A stretch of 64,000 bases of DNA from the human T2T-CHM13v2.0 reference genome, Homo sapiens (GCF_009914755.1 NC_060934.1), one strand, 5' to 3'; shown: positions 1 to 16,504, numbered from the stretch's first letter. Notes: generated by a model not told the origin, from the letters alone. Program-made: numbers and translations.

Positions 1-2139
<2,139 letters not shown>

Positions 2140-2176
2140 GGGCTACATGCTCTTCCTCTCGTATGCCCTCTCCTAG

Positions 2177-2775
2177 CGTAACCGACATACAGGTTCAGTT
2201 GCCCACAGCTTGCAGAGTCCAATTAACTAGAGCGAAGTCTGGTATAAAGAAGGAGACTTTTTATTCCAAAGCTGGCTTAGGGGAAGAAGTGCAGACTTCT
2301 GCCTTTAAGGGTGCTGCTTCACTTTTGAAGCAGAAAGCAGGTGCTTTTAAAAGAGGTCTTGGCATGAATGGCATGCAGGGGAGGGAAATGCAGATGGGGG
2401 TCTGCATAACTTGCTTTGATGCCTTATCTACTGGGCAGTCAAGCTGGTGACCACTAGTGTCTCTGTGGGCAGAACCATCTTGTAAAAATAGCCGAAACTC
2501 TCCAGTTAGGAAAGAGTTTTGTAGCAGGCATACTTTGAGGTGTAGATTAACTGTCTGTCATCTCTCAAAACAGTTTCCTGGTGGGAGAGAGTTGGGCTCT
2601 GGAGCTTGTAAGCACATAGTTGGATTAACTCACCCTGCAGGGATTGTCTGGTGAAGAGGAGGTAAAAGGTTATAATTGCAGTTCTAAAGAGCTAAGTAGG
2701 AAGTGAGAGAAAGGAGGAAAGAAAAAAGAAGAAAGAAAAAAAAATCTCTTAGAAAAATGGGGGTACTCAGTTATA
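2177..2775 (-). mobile_element. Solo ERV1 (MER4-group-like) LTR, subfamily uncertain
   Basis: Decayed TG...CA ends with short inverted termini (cgtaacc / agttata); near-TSD ctag/ccag; tttatt poly(A) signal on the minus strand. Confidence 0.55.
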
Positions 2776-3159
2776 CCAGCCATAATATTAGAGGAAAAGT
2801 TAGTGGACTTGAAAAGTTAGGGGAACAAGGCCAACTACTTCCTCTCCTCTTGAAGATACCAGAGCAGAAGTGATGAAAAAAAACTCTTCCCCCATTCCAA
2901 GTCCCTTGGGAGGACATCTGGTCAGTGCTGGGGGAAAGGGAGGGAGATTTAAATTAGAATGAAATGGAAGTGTTAAATTGGACAAGCAGGCCTTTAAAGA
3001 ACTAAAAATGGCAGGCACCCACCTGATGTGTCATTAAGGAATAGGAAAGGGAGAGGCAACAGAGCAAAGGGAGATACAGATAGAAGAAAACAAGCTAGTT
3101 CACTGAAACCAGTTACACATCCATATGCTAATGGTTCCCAACTTTGTATCCTAGTCCAG

Positions 3160-3960
3160 ACCTCTCTCATGACCCCCACAGCAATATATCTAAACTGCCT
3201 TGTCCATCTGAATAAACAATACACACTTCAAACTTGATATGTCCCAAAAAGGAGCTCTTGATTTTTGTCTCTCAAACCTATTTTTCTCTGACATTCATAT
3301 CCCAATAATTGGTACCATCACCCAATTACTGCATAAGCCAAAGCCTAGGAGTCATCCTTCATTCATTCTTTTCCCTCATTACCATCCAGAATTCCCACTG
3401 ATCCTACTTACAAAATTTGTCTTTAACATGTCCACATTTCTCTAGCTCTCCTACCCTGACTATTCCAACATTGGTAGCCATTCTCTACATAGCTTCTAAG
3501 TGATTTTTCAGAACTTAGAAGTTTAGCTCATGTTATTCTCCTGCTTAAAATTATACAAAGGCTTCCTATTACTCATAGCAGAAAATCCAAATTCTTTACC
3601 AAATCTACAAGACCTTGATGATCTGGCTGTTGTCAACCTCTTTTACCTCAACTCACAACATTCTTTCCCCTTGACTCAAAACACTCTCCCCTCTAATATA
3701 CTGACTCCAGATATACTCTCTATTTATAAAATAACCAACCATATTCCCCTAGGGCAATTGCACTTGCTGTTCCTTTGCCTGAAACCATTTGCTCCCAGCT
3801 ATTTACACGTCTGGCTCATTTTCATCTTTGATATCATCCTTCACCTTCTCATAGAGGTCTTTCTTTACTATTTTTTATCTCACTGTTCCCAGTCACTTAT
3901 CACGACCTTGCATTTTTTTAATTTGTTTAGTTATTCTGTCTTCACCATTGGGATAAAAGC
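3160..3960 (+). mobile_element. Degenerate L2-like LINE remnant
   Basis: Pyrimidine-rich text resembling the L2 3' region (ttcaaacttgatatgtcccaaa, cacttgctgttccttt); recall only. Confidence 0.4.
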
Positions 3961-4329
3961 TAGGGGCAGTGGCAGTGTCCGTTAGTGTATGGCATATGCA
4001 AATTAAGTATAATACAAGGTAAGCATCAATAGCTATAGGAATTAAAAGGAGGTAGGGATAGCTCCAGGAGGAGGGGATAATCAAGGAAAATTTCCTGGTG
4101 AAAGTTACATTCACCTTGATACGAAATGAAAGATGTCAGCTTCATCAGAGATTGGTATTCTATTAATTTTATTTCTCCAATAGCCTTCAAATCCATTGCC
4201 TTATCTCCATCCTTACAACTATTAATGCTACCTTACCTTACACAAACTAGAGTTATGCCTTGCTTGTTGTCTTTATGTATTATAGTTACCACCTAATTTC
4301 TCTCCCTACCTGTATTTCACTTTGTGTAA

Positions 4330-6401
4330 ACCCAAATATCACATTTAGATGTCAGTCCGGGTGAATTTAGTGCTAATGTTTTCAGTCTCATTTTAACTAT
4401 TTCAGAACAAACTATTGAAGTTGACACATTAGCTTTGTTGCCTTGGTAATAATAGAAGGGCTAAAATGAATGTTTTTCTCATTAATTTTTCTCATTTAAT
4501 TTTCCCAAGGCACCATGCTTCGGTTTTGACAGCCCATCTTGCTGTTAGTCAATAACCTTAACAAGCAGAGTAATTACAGTCAATCATGTCTGCTTTAGTT
4601 CATTGATTACTTGGTTACTTCTTTCTCAACTCTTTAATGAGAATTCCCAGCCCACACCTTTCAGGTGACATTTCTTTTATCAATTAATCACCATCTCAAT
4701 CCCTTGAATATATTCATAAACCAGACCATCTTGTATTGATGGTTCTAAAAACAACTTGCTTCTGCAGCTTTGAAAATCACAATCATTTTCAGAGACACGG
4801 AACACCTAGAATGAAATTAACATTTACTGTCATTGAACCTTCTTATTTCAAATTATTTGAACAGGGCTTTATTATACCACTTCTGAAGCATTAACACACT
4901 TAATTTTAAAAGTAATACAGCTTTTAAAATGTTAAAGAAATTGTCCTGTCTTTGCAATTCTAATCTCAAAAGTCCTGTCTCTGTTCTGAGAAAACAAAGA
5001 CAGTAGATTTTCTGTTTGTGCAAATGTAAAGCAAGTCTCACCTAAATGTCATGAAGGAAATAATTGTAGTTGTTTCACTCAGAGAAATTCAGTGAGCTAT
5101 GTCTCTGTAGAGTTTTATTGTTTCTTAAAGAGAACTGTTTATTTTTCCTGTATGAATTTACATAGTCCTCGAACCCATCAGAACTTATACTCTCTTTATA
5201 AAACAAATATTTTTGAATGTTCCTTTTTAATATCCTGAAATGAAATTTATAGTTACTAACTACAAACTGACTATACTAACTCATTAAAAATATATTTTAT
5301 ATATATCTTATATATATGTATGTATTCACATAAATTATATATTTGCATTTCATTATATAAATGATCAGGCATACTTGCACTGGAAAACAGTCACTCTTCC
5401 CCTTATGCACAGAATCACTATGAATGTGGCAGCTACAAATGTAGATAGATAAGGATGCACTGTTGTATTGTCAATTCAAATACCACAAGCAGCATTTCAG
5501 TAGTGACATGATTTTTCTATAATAGTGCACAACTCTTGATATAATACAGAACAAAATAAAAACAATCTTCCTTTGATATACCTAAATGGTTGCATTCCTA
5601 GAAATTCAGTATATATTAAAACTGCGCCAAAAAATACTACGTGTTTATGAGTAAAACCAGAGTTAGGTTCAAGGCTTAGAAAATTATAAGCAGAACATAC
5701 ATGAATGTCCACTGGGAAATTAGAAAGTTGCATGGGATGTGGGGACAATTCATTATAGAGGACAGTTCCACGCACTGTAAACCCTCTAAGTTTCTTTGGA
5801 CTGACAAAGATTCCTTGCTTGACAAAACTGTAGCTGACCTTCTGAAACTTCATCTAGGCCCATTTATGTACTTCCTTGAAAAATCTAGTTTTCATAAACA
5901 CCCCTGCTAAGTCAGTTTAGCAAGAATCACCCCTCCCCCCAACCCTCCCGCTCCATATCTGATCTCCCTTGATTGGGTTCCTCATCCACCACCATTCCCC
6001 AGGTGATATCTGATCACCTTGGCCTGTCTTCAGCAAGAATCTAGTTAGATTGGTTTACCCAGAACCCCTCTTACCCCTGATGTTTCTTCCTGGTAATTTT
6101 CAGTGACCCCACTCTGGTCACTGGCTATAAATTCCCACTTGCCCATGCTGTATTGAGAGTTGAGCACAATCTCTCTCCTCTACCACAAGACCTATTGCAG
6201 TGGTCCCTATACTGTGATAGTCCTAAATAAATTCTTCTTTATCAATGCTTTAACAAATATCACTTGTTAATAGTTTTCTTTTTAACAGGCCCCAGCAAAT
6301 TAAATGCCAGGTGTGTCCCACAACTACCGTGACAACCAAAACTGCCCCTGCGGTGGAAGGAAGAAAAGAAACTTGAGAAGAAGCATTGCTATAGAACACT
6401 G
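4330..6401. mobile_element. Old hAT-Charlie-type DNA transposon remnant, interrupted by MER31
   Basis: MER20/Charlie-like terminal text (gtgacaaccaaaa...gaacactg) continues across the MER31 insertion; boundaries uncertain. Confidence 0.35.
5802..6287 (+). mobile_element. MER31-like solo LTR (ERV1)
   Basis: Starts tgacaaagattccttgcttgac, ends ttaaca; internal ctataaa TATA and aataaa; near-TSD ggac/ggcc. Confidence 0.7.
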
Positions 6402-7902
6402 CATGTTTACAAGGGCCCCAAGACTAAAATGAAAAAGGATAGGAAGAAAGGGAGGAAGAGGAGGGGGACAGAGAGGAAGTAGGAAGGGAGAGCGATAAAG
6501 GAAGGAAAGAAGATAAATTCTGTAAACAGCCCCACCCAGACTGGCATAGCACAACCTGGAATGGACTATTTAAGTCCCAAACATGATGTTAAGAGAATAA
6601 TTCAGATTTCTAGGAATGCACTAAAGACAGCTATAGCAATTGCCTGGACAAGAGGAGGAGATGGGAGGTACTCACAGGACCAGACCATATCCTATAGTGA
6701 AGGAATGAGATTAATCCTGAAGAGAATGGATATCCCCATTGTTACTTATTCTGAGGGAGAAGTTAATTCTGGGACAGGAATGTGAGCTAGAAACCCAGGA
6801 TTTTAGCCAAAAAGGGGAGAACGTCCCTTTTCTCTCTGAAGCTCCACAGTTTTGGGGGCCTAGCCTCCAGATGGAAGAGACAAACTAGAGAGTATCACAC
6901 AGTGACATATCCACAACAGTGGTAGATAGAAACAATTCAGAAGAACACTTTTCAAGGATACCTTGAAAATGGGCCAGAACTTGGACCAAAGGGTACTGGG
7001 TGTAGACACAGTTACTGTTGTAAACCATTATCTGTATTGTCTTTTCTTTATCTTGCCTCTTTGTGGAAAGTCTGGTTAAAATGCTATTCTATGGAAAATT
7101 AGGGAAATAATCTGTGTCCTGACTGGGATAGAATAGTGACCTGGAGAACAGGATCCAAAGCAGCAGGGCAAGGCATCCAAAACAGAAAAACATAGTGGAC
7201 CTTGATATAGTTTGGCTGTGTCCCCACCCAAATCTCATCTTGAATTCCCACGTGTTGTGGGAGGGACCAAGTGGGAGGTATTTGAATCATGGGGGCAGGT
7301 CTTTCCAGTGCTGTTCTCATGACAGTGAATAAGTCTAATGAGATCTGATGGTTTTAAAAAGGGGAGTTTCCCTGCACAAGTTCTTTTCTCTTGTCTGCCA
7401 CCATGTGAGACATGCCTTATCTTCCACCATGATTGTGAGGCCTCCCAGCCATGTGGAACTGTAAGTCCAATAAACCTCTTTCTTTTGCAAATTGCCCAGT
7501 ATTGGGTATGTCTTTATCAGCAGTGTGAAAGTGGACTAATAAAGTAAATTGGTACCAGTAGAGTGGCGCATTACTGAAAAGATACCCAAAAATGCGGAAG
7601 CGACTGGAACTGGGTAATAGGCAGAGGTTGGAACAGTTTGGAGGGCTCAGAAGAAGAAAGAAAAATAAGGGAAAGTTTGGAACTCCCTAGAAACTTGTTG
7701 AATGACTTTGACCAAAATGATGATAATGATATGGACAATGAAATCCAGTCTGAGGTGGTCTCAGATGGAGATAGGAACTGGAGAAAAGGTGGCTCTTGTT
7801 ATGTTTTAGCAAAGAAACTGGAGGCATTTTGCCCCTTCCCTAAAGATGTGTGGAACTTTGAACTTGAGAGAGATGATTTAGGGTATCTGGCAGAAGAAAT
7901 TT

Positions 7903-8497
7903 ATTTATTTATTTATTTATTTTTTATTATACTTTAAGTTTTAGGGTACATGTGCACATTGTGCAGGTTAGTTACATATGTATACATGTGCCATGCTGGT
8001 GCGCTGCACCCACTAACTCGTCATCTAGCATTAGGTATATCTCCCGATGCTATCCCTCCCCCCTCCCCCCACCCCACAACTGTCCCCAGAGTGTGATGTT
8101 CCCCTTCCTGTGTCCATGTGATCTCGTTGTTCAATTCCCACCTATGAGTGAGAATATGCGGTGTTTGGTTTTTTGTTCTTGCGATAGTTTACTGAGAATG
8201 ATGATTTCCAATTTCATCCATGTCCCTACAAAGGACATGAACTCATCATTTTTTATGGCTGCATAGTATTCCAAACTAGTTCAACCATTGTGGAAGTCAG
8301 TGTGGAGATTCCTCAGGGATCTAGAACTGGAAATACCATTTGACCCAGCCATCCCATTACTGGGTATATACCCAAAGGACTATAAATCATGCTGCTATAA
8401 AGACACATGCACACGTATGTTTATTGCAGCATTATTCACAATAGCAAAGACTTGGAACCAACCCAAATGTCCAACAATGATAGACTGGATTAAGAAA
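7903..8497 (-). mobile_element. Short 5'-inverted (twin-primed) L1PA2-like insertion in THE1-int
   Basis: Minus-strand 3'UTR and tail 7903-8273 joined to a plus-strand ORF2 piece 8273-8497; TSD aagaaattt at 7894-7902 and 8492-8500. Confidence 0.9.
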
Positions 8498-8990
8498 TTT
8501 CTAAGCATCAAAGCTTTCAATATATGACTTGGGTACTGTTAAAGGCATTCAGTTTTAAAAGGGAAGCAAAGTAAAAAAGCTTGGAAAATTTTCAGCCTGA
8601 CAATATGATAGAAAAGAAAATCCCATTTTCTGAGGAGAAATCCAAGCTGGCTGCAGAAATTTGCATAAATAATGAGGAGCCAAGTGTTAAGCCCCAAGAC
8701 AATGGGGAATATGTCTCCAAGGCATACCAGAGGTCTCCACGGCAGCCCCTCCCATCACAGGCCCAGAGGCCTAGGGGGAAAGAATGGTTTCATGGGCTGG
8801 GCCCAGGGTCCCCGTGCTGTGTGCAGCCTAGGGACTTGGTGCCTTGTGTCCCAGCTGCTCCAGCTGTGGCTGAAAGGGGCCAATATAGAGGTCCGGCCAT
8901 GGCTTCAGAGGGTGCAAGCCCCAAGCCTTGGCAGCTTCCACATGGTGTTGAGCCTGCAAGTGCAGAGAAGTCAAGAATTGAGGTTTGGGA

Positions 8991-10293
8991 CCTGACAAAA
9001 ACAAGCAATGGGGAAACGATTCCCTATTTAATAAATGTGTTGGGAAAACTGGCTAGCCATATGCAGAAAACTGAAACTGGACCTCGTCCTTACACCTTAT
9101 ACAAAAACTAACTCAAGATGGATTAAAGACTTAAATGTAAAGCCTAAAACCATAAAAATCCTAGAAAAAAACCTAGGCAATACCATTCAGGACATAGGCA
9201 TGAGCAAAGACCTCATGACCAAAACACCAGAAGCCACTGGAACAAAAGCCAAAATTGATAAATTGATCTAATTAAACTAAAGAGCTTCTGCACAGCAAAA
9301 GAAACTATCTTCAGAGGGAACAGGCAACCTACAGAATAGGAGAACATTTTTGCAATCTATCCATCTGACAAAGGGCTAATATCCAGAATCTACAAGGAAC
9401 TTAAAGAAATTTACAAGAAAAAAACAAACAACCCCATCAAAAAGTGGATGAAGGATATGAACAGACACTTCTCAAAAGAAGATATTTATGCAGCCAACAA
9501 ACAAATGAAAAAAAGCTCATCATCACTGGTCATTAGAGAAATGCAAATCAAAACCACGATGAGATAACATCTCATGCCAGTTAGAGTGGCCATCATTAAA
9601 AAGTCAGGAAACAACAGATGCTGGAGAGCATGTGGAGAAATAGGAATGCTTTAACACTGTTGGTGGGAATGTAAATTTGTTCAACCATTGTGGAAGACAG
9701 TGTGGTGATTCCTCAAGGATCTAGAACCAGAAATACCACTTGACCCAGCAATCCCATTACTGGGTATATACCCAAAGGATTATAAGTCACTCTACTATAA
9801 AGACACATGCACACATATGTTTATTGCAGCGCTATTCACAATAGCAAAGACTTGGAACCAACCCAGATGCCCATCAATGATAGACTGGATAAAGAAAATG
9901 TGGCACATATACACCATGGAATACTATGTAGCCATAAAAAAAGAATGAGTTCATGTCCTTTGCAGGGACATGGATGAAGCTGGAAACCATCATTGTCAGC
10001 AAACTAACACAGGAACAGAAAACCAAATACCGCATGTTCTCACTCATAAGTGGGAGTTGAACAATGAAAATAGATGGACATAGGGAAGGGAACATCACAT
10101 GCTGGTGCCTGTCGGGGGATGGGAGGAAAGGGGATGGAGAGCATTAAGACAAATACCTAACGCATGAGGGACTTAAAACCTAGATGACGGGTTGATAGGT
10201 GTAGCAAACCACCATGGCACATGTATACCTATGTAACAAACCCTCATGTTCTGCACATGTATCCCAGAACTTAAAGTAAAATTAAAAAAAAAA
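8991..10293 (+). mobile_element. 5'-truncated L1PA7/8-like insertion in THE1-int
   Basis: ORF2 3' region, 3'UTR and poly(A); 18-bp TSD aagaattgaggtttggga at 8973-8990 and 10294-10311. Confidence 0.93.
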
Positions 10294-13200
10294 AAGAATT
10301 GAGGTTTGGGAACCTCTGCCTAGATTTCAGAAGATGTACGGAAATGCCTAGATGTCCACCAGGCAGAAGTTTGCTGCAGGGGCAGGGCTCTCATGGAGAA
10401 CCTCTGCTAGGGCAGTGAAGAAGGGAAATGTGGGACTGGAGCCCCCACACAGAGTCCCTACTGGGACACCATGTAGTGAAGCTGTGAGAAGAGGGCCACC
10501 ATCCTCCAGACCCCAGAATGGTAGATCCACCAACAGCTTGCACCATCCATGCACCTGGAAAAGCCACAGACACTCAATGCCAGACCATGAAAGAAGCCAG
10601 GAAGGAAGTGTACCCTGCAAAGCCACAGGGGCAGAGCTGCCCAAGACTATGGGAACCTACCTCTTGCATCACTGTGACCTGGATGCAAGACATGGAGTCA
10701 AAGGAGATCATTCTGGAGCTTTAAGATTTGACTGCCTTGCTGGCTTTCAGACTTGTGTGGGGCCTGTAGCCCCTTTGTTTTGGCCAATTTCTCCCATTTG
10801 GAATGGCTATATTTACCCAATGCCTGTACGCCCATTGTAGCTAGGGAGTAACTAACTTGCTTTTGATTTTACAGGCTCATAGGTAGAAGGCACTTGCCTT
10901 ATCTCAGATGAGACTTTTGACTGTGGACTTTTGAGTTAATGCTAAAATGAGTTAAGACTTCCAGGGACTGTTGAGAAGGCATGACTGGTTTTGAAATGTG
11001 AGGACATGAGGTTTGAGAGGGGCCAGGGGTGAAATAATATGGTTTGACTGTGTCCCCACCCAAATCTCATCTTGAATTCCCACATATTGTGGGAGGGATT
11101 TGGTGAGAGGTAACTGAATCATGGGGACAGGTCTTTCCCATGCTATTCTCAGTGAATAAGTCTCATGAGATATGATGGTTTTAAAAAGGAAAGTTTCCCT
11201 GCACAAGTTCTCTTCTCTTATCTGCCACCATGTGAGACATGTCTTTCACCTTCCACCATGATTGTGAGGCCTCCCCAGCCATATGGAGCTGGAAGTACAA
11301 TAAACCTTTCTTTTGTAAATTGCCCAGTTTCTGGTATGTCTTGATCAGCAGCATGAAAGCAGACTAATACAGACCTCTTCCTGAGCACAATTGAGAGAGC
11401 TCTTGGGATGACTCAGAAATAGCCAAGAAACACTTTAAAGGGCTAATTTCTGGCACTTGGACAATAGAAACTTGAGCTATTGGAATCTACAAATTTAAAA
11501 GAATATATAACCTTATTTTAGAAACCAGATGTTGAATCTCAGACATTTGAGTCACACATAGTTTTCAATAAATGGTAGCTATTTTTAATCATGTTAATGA
11601 CTTGGATAATGGTATATAGTTCATATTGCATTTTACAAAAGCTCCACCTCAATTTTAGCAATGAACAGTGCAAGAACAAGAAGGGATCAAGTAATAATAA
11701 GGGGCCATGCAGGAATAAGACTAGGAGAACTGACCAAATGAGAAGAACTGACCAAATGATAGGGCTCAACCCCCAGGAGACCTTGAGAGCAGCTAATCAA
11801 AATGGCTTGGCACATAAGAGGACATAGAAACTTTTATTTAATTAGGAACAGTTACAATGTCTGAGAACCGTCTATCTAGTAGGACACTGTAGCAGGAATC
11901 CCTTCTCTGAACTGTTACTCTATGTTACGGTGTGATGATTCCCTATTTCAGGTGGTTCATCTGGAAACTGGCAAGAATTAGACAAGGAGTTAGAGCCCTA
12001 GCCAAGTGCACTGGCAGAAGCCTAGTTACATAGATTGAATAAACATTGAGAATTAGAACAGGGGCTGTGATTCAAAAGATATTTTAGCCCCATCAGATAT
12101 GGGACTAAAATTACAGGTTCCATCTGAAAGACCAATCTGCCTGGAACTGGCTGGGCTGTATATTGCAAACATTAGTATCTACACAGGTGAAAAAGTTTGG
12201 GGCAGGTATTTTTTTTAAATGCAGATTTAGTTCTTCTCAAATAATACATGCAAATGCTTACAATGTTCTGAGTTGTAAGATCCCTTTTCATATACCCTTA
12301 AGAGCGGGTAACTTAATTGACTGTAGCTAATCAGCTGGATAAGCAGGACCTTTACTATAAGGTACTCTGGATATGAACGATCCTTGTTTGGGAATGCTAC
12401 TCTTTTTACTAATACAAAAATAAGAGTTTAAGGTTTCATTATTAAAATCAATTCATGTTATCAAATATAGGTATATTAACAATTATCATGTGTAAACCAA
12501 GAATTTATGCCTCAGAAGTTATGCAACAGCAAATAAATATCAGAGATTTTCAGGTATCCCTAAAAAGGGCCTAATACCACTGATTCAAAAATAAGGAAAA
12601 ACTAGACCATGATCTTTTCTAATTCTGATTGTTGATAATGAATTTAAATAAGTTACAACTTTTTTTTAATACTTTAAGTTCTAGGATACATGTGCAGAAC
12701 ATGCAGGTTTGTTACATAGGTATATACGTGCCATGGTGGTTTGCTGTACCCACCAACCCATTATCTACATTAGGTATTTCTCCTAATGCTCTCCCTCCCC
12801 TAGCCTCCACCCCTCAACAGGCCCCAGTGTGTGATGTTCCCCTCCCTGTGTCCATGTATTCTCATTGTTCAATTCCTACTTATGAGTGAGAACATGCGGT
12901 GTTCGGTTTTCTGTTCCTGTGTTAGTTTGCTGACAACGATGGTTTCCAGCTTCATCCATGTACCTGCAAAAAACATGAACCCATCCTTTTTTATGGCTGC
13001 ATAGTATTCCATGGTGTGTATGTGCCACATTTTCTTTATCCAGTCTATCATTGATGGGCATTTGGGTTAGTTCCAAGTCTTTGCTATTGTGAATAGCGCT
13101 GCAATAAACATATGTGTGCATGTGTGTTTAGAGTAGAATGACTTATAATCCTTTAGGTATATACCCAGTAAAAGGATTGCTGGGTCAAATGGTATTTCTG

Positions 13201-14120
13201 GTTCTAGATCCTTGAGGAATCGCCACACTGTCTTCCACAATGGTTGAACTAATTTACACTCCCACCAACAGTGTAAAGGCATTCCTATTTCTCCACATCC
13301 ACTCCAGCATCTGTTGTTTCCTGATTTTTTAATGATCGCCAGTCTAACTGGTATGAGACGGTATCTCATCATGGTTCTTATTTGTATTTCTCTAATGACC
13401 AGTGATGATGAGCTTTTTTTCACATGTTTGTTGGCCAATAAATATCTTCTTTTGAGAAGTATCTGTTCATATCCTTTGCCCACTTTTTGATGGGGTTGTT
13501 TTTTTCTTGTAAATTTCTTTAAGTTCCTTGTAGATTCTGGATATTAGCCCTTTGTCAGATGGATAGATTGCAAAAATGTTCTCCTATTCTGTAGGTTGCC
13601 TCTTCCCTCTGAAGATAGTTTCTTTTGCTGTGCAGAAGCTCTTTGGTTTAATTAGGTCTCATTTGTCTATTTTGGCTTCTGTTGCCATTGCTTTTGGAGT
13701 TTTAGTCACGAAGACTTTGCTCATGCCTATGTCCTGAATGGTATTGCCTAGGTTTTTTTCTAGGGTTTTTATGGTTTTCAGTTTTATATTTAAGCCTTTA
13801 ATCCATCTTGAGTTAGTTTTTGTATAAGATGTAAGGACAAGGTCCAGTTTCAGTTTTCTGCATATAGCTAGCCAGTTTTCCCAACACCATTTATTAAATA
13901 GGGAATCCTTTCCCCATTGCTTGTTTTTGTCGGGTTTGTCAATGATCAGATGGTTGTAGATTTGTGGCATTATTTCTGAGGCCTCTGTTCTGTTCCATTG
14001 GTCTATATATCTGTTTTGGTACCAGTACCACGTTGCTTTGGTTACTGTAGCCTTGTAGTATAGTTTGAAGTCGGGTAGCATGATGCCTCCAGCTTTGTTC
14101 TTTTTGCTTAGGATTGTCTA

Positions 14121-14384
<264 letters not shown>

Positions 14385-16458
14385 CTAGATATTTCATTCA
14401 ATTTGTAGCAATTGTAAAAGGGAGTTCACTCATGATTTGGCTTTCTGTCTGTTATTGGTGTATAGAAATGCTTGTGATTTTTGCACATTAATTTTGCATC
14501 CTGAGACTTTGCTGAAGTTGCTTATCAGCTTAAGGAGATTTGGAGCTGAGAAAATGGGGTTTTCTAAATATTCAATCATGCCATCTGTAAACAGAGACAA
14601 TTTGACTTCCTCTTTTCCTATTTGAATACAATTTATTTCTCCTCTTGCCTGATTGCCCTGGTCAGAACACCCAATACTATGTTGAGTAGTGGTGAGAGAG
14701 GGCATTCTTGTCTTGTGCCAGTTTTCAAAGGAAATGCTTCCAGCTTTTGCCCATTCAGAATGATACTGACTGTGGGTTTATCATAAATTTACAATTTTGA
14801 GATACGTTCCATCAATACCTAGTTTACTGAAGGTTTTTAGCATGAAGGGGTGTTAAATTTTATCGAAGGCCTTTTCTGCATCTGTTGAGATAATCAAGTG
14901 GTTTTTGTAGTTGGTTCTGTTTATGGGATGGATTACATTTATTGATTTGCATATGTTGAACGAGCCTTGCATCCCAGGGATGAAGCCCACTTGATTGTGG
15001 TAGATAAGCTTTTTGATGTGCTGCTGGATTTGGTTTGCATTTTATTGAGGGTTTTCGCATCGATGTTCATCAGGGATGTTGGCCTGAAATTTTCTTTTTT
15101 TGTTGTATCTCTGCCAGGTTTAGGTATCAGGATGATGCTGGCCTCATAAAATGAGTTAGGGAGGAGTGCCTCTTTGTCTATTGTTTGGAATAGTTTCAGA
15201 AGGAATGGTACCAGCTCCTCTTTGTACCTCTGGTAGAATTCGGCTGTGAAGACATCTGGTCCTGGGCTTTTTTTGGTTGGTAGGCTATTAATTACTGCCT
15301 CAATTTCAGAACTTGTTATTGGTCTATTCAGGGATTCAACTTCTTCCTGGTTTAGTCTTGGGAGGGTGTATGTGTCCAGGAATTTATCCATTTCTTCTAG
15401 ATTTTCTAGTTTATTTGCATAGAGGTGTTTACAGTATTCTCTGATGGTAGTTTGTATTTCTGTGGGATCAGTGGTGATAACCCCTTTATAATTTTTTATT
15501 TTTTCTATTTCATTCTTCTCTCTGTTCTTCTTTATTAGTCTGGCTAGTGGTCTATTTTGTTAATCTTTAAAAAAAAACAGTTCCTGGATTCATTGATTTT
15601 TGGAAGGGTTTTTTGTGTCTCTATCTCCTTCAGTTCTTCTCTGATCTTAGTTATTTCTTGTCTTCTGCTAGCTTTTGAATTTGTTTGCTCTTGCTTCTCT
15701 AGTTCTTTTAATTGTGATGTTAGGGTATCAATTTTAGGTCTTTCCTGCTTTCTTTTGTGGGCCTTTAGTGCTATAAATTTCCCTCTAACCACTGCTTTGA
15801 ATGTGTCCCAGAGATTCTGGTACTTTGTGTCTTTGTTCTTATTGGTTTCAAAGAACTTATTGATTTCTGCCTTAATTTTGTTATTTACCCAGTAGTCATT
15901 CAGGAGCAGGTTGTTCAGTTTCCATGTAGTTGAGCGGTTTTGAGTGAGTTTCTTAATCCTGAGTTCTAATTTGATTGCACTGTGGTCTGAGAGACTGTTT
16001 GTTATGATTTCCATTCTTTTGCATTTGCTGAGGAGTGCTTTACTTCCAATTTTGTGGTCAACTTTAGAATAAGTGCTATGTGGTGCTGAGAAGAATGTAT
16101 ATTCTGTTGATTTGGGGTGGAGAGTTCTGCAGATGTCTATTAGGTCCACTTGGTCCAGAGCTGAGTTCAAGTCCTGAATATCCTTGTTAATTTTCTGTCT
16201 CGTTGATCTGTGTAATATTGACAGTGGGGTGTTAGAGTCTCACAGTATTATTGTGTGGAAATCTAAGTCTCTTTGTAGGTCTCTAAGAACTTGCTTTATG
16301 AATCTAGGTGCTCCTGTGTTGTTTGCATATACATTCGGAATAGTTAGCTCTTCTTGTTGCATTGATCCCTTCACCATTATGTAATGCCCTTCTTTGTCTT
16401 TTTCGTATTTTTATTGGTTTAAAGTCTGTTTTATCAGAGACTAGGATTGCAACCCCTG

Positions 16459-16459
<1 letters not shown>

Positions 16460-16504
<45 letters not shown>
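16460..16504 (+). repeat. Poly(T) run of about 45 nt inside the L1 endonuclease region
   Basis: Directly visible homopolymer; short A-run at the homologous sites near 38290 and 45442. Confidence 0.95.

Larger units (their letters stand above)
7203..11371 (+). mobile_element. Complete THE1 (MaLR) element: 5' LTR 7203-7543, internal region, 3' LTR 11035-11371; carries two L1 insertions
   Basis: Two similar LTRs starting tgatat/taatat-gtttg...ccccacccaaatctcatcttgaa; internal region starts gtaaattggtaccag; perfect 5-bp TSD GACCT at 7198-7202 and 11372-11376. Confidence 0.92.

Noticed and set aside
11725-11760. 18-bp tandem duplication agaactgaccaaatga
   Set aside because: Simple two-copy slippage duplication with no supporting context
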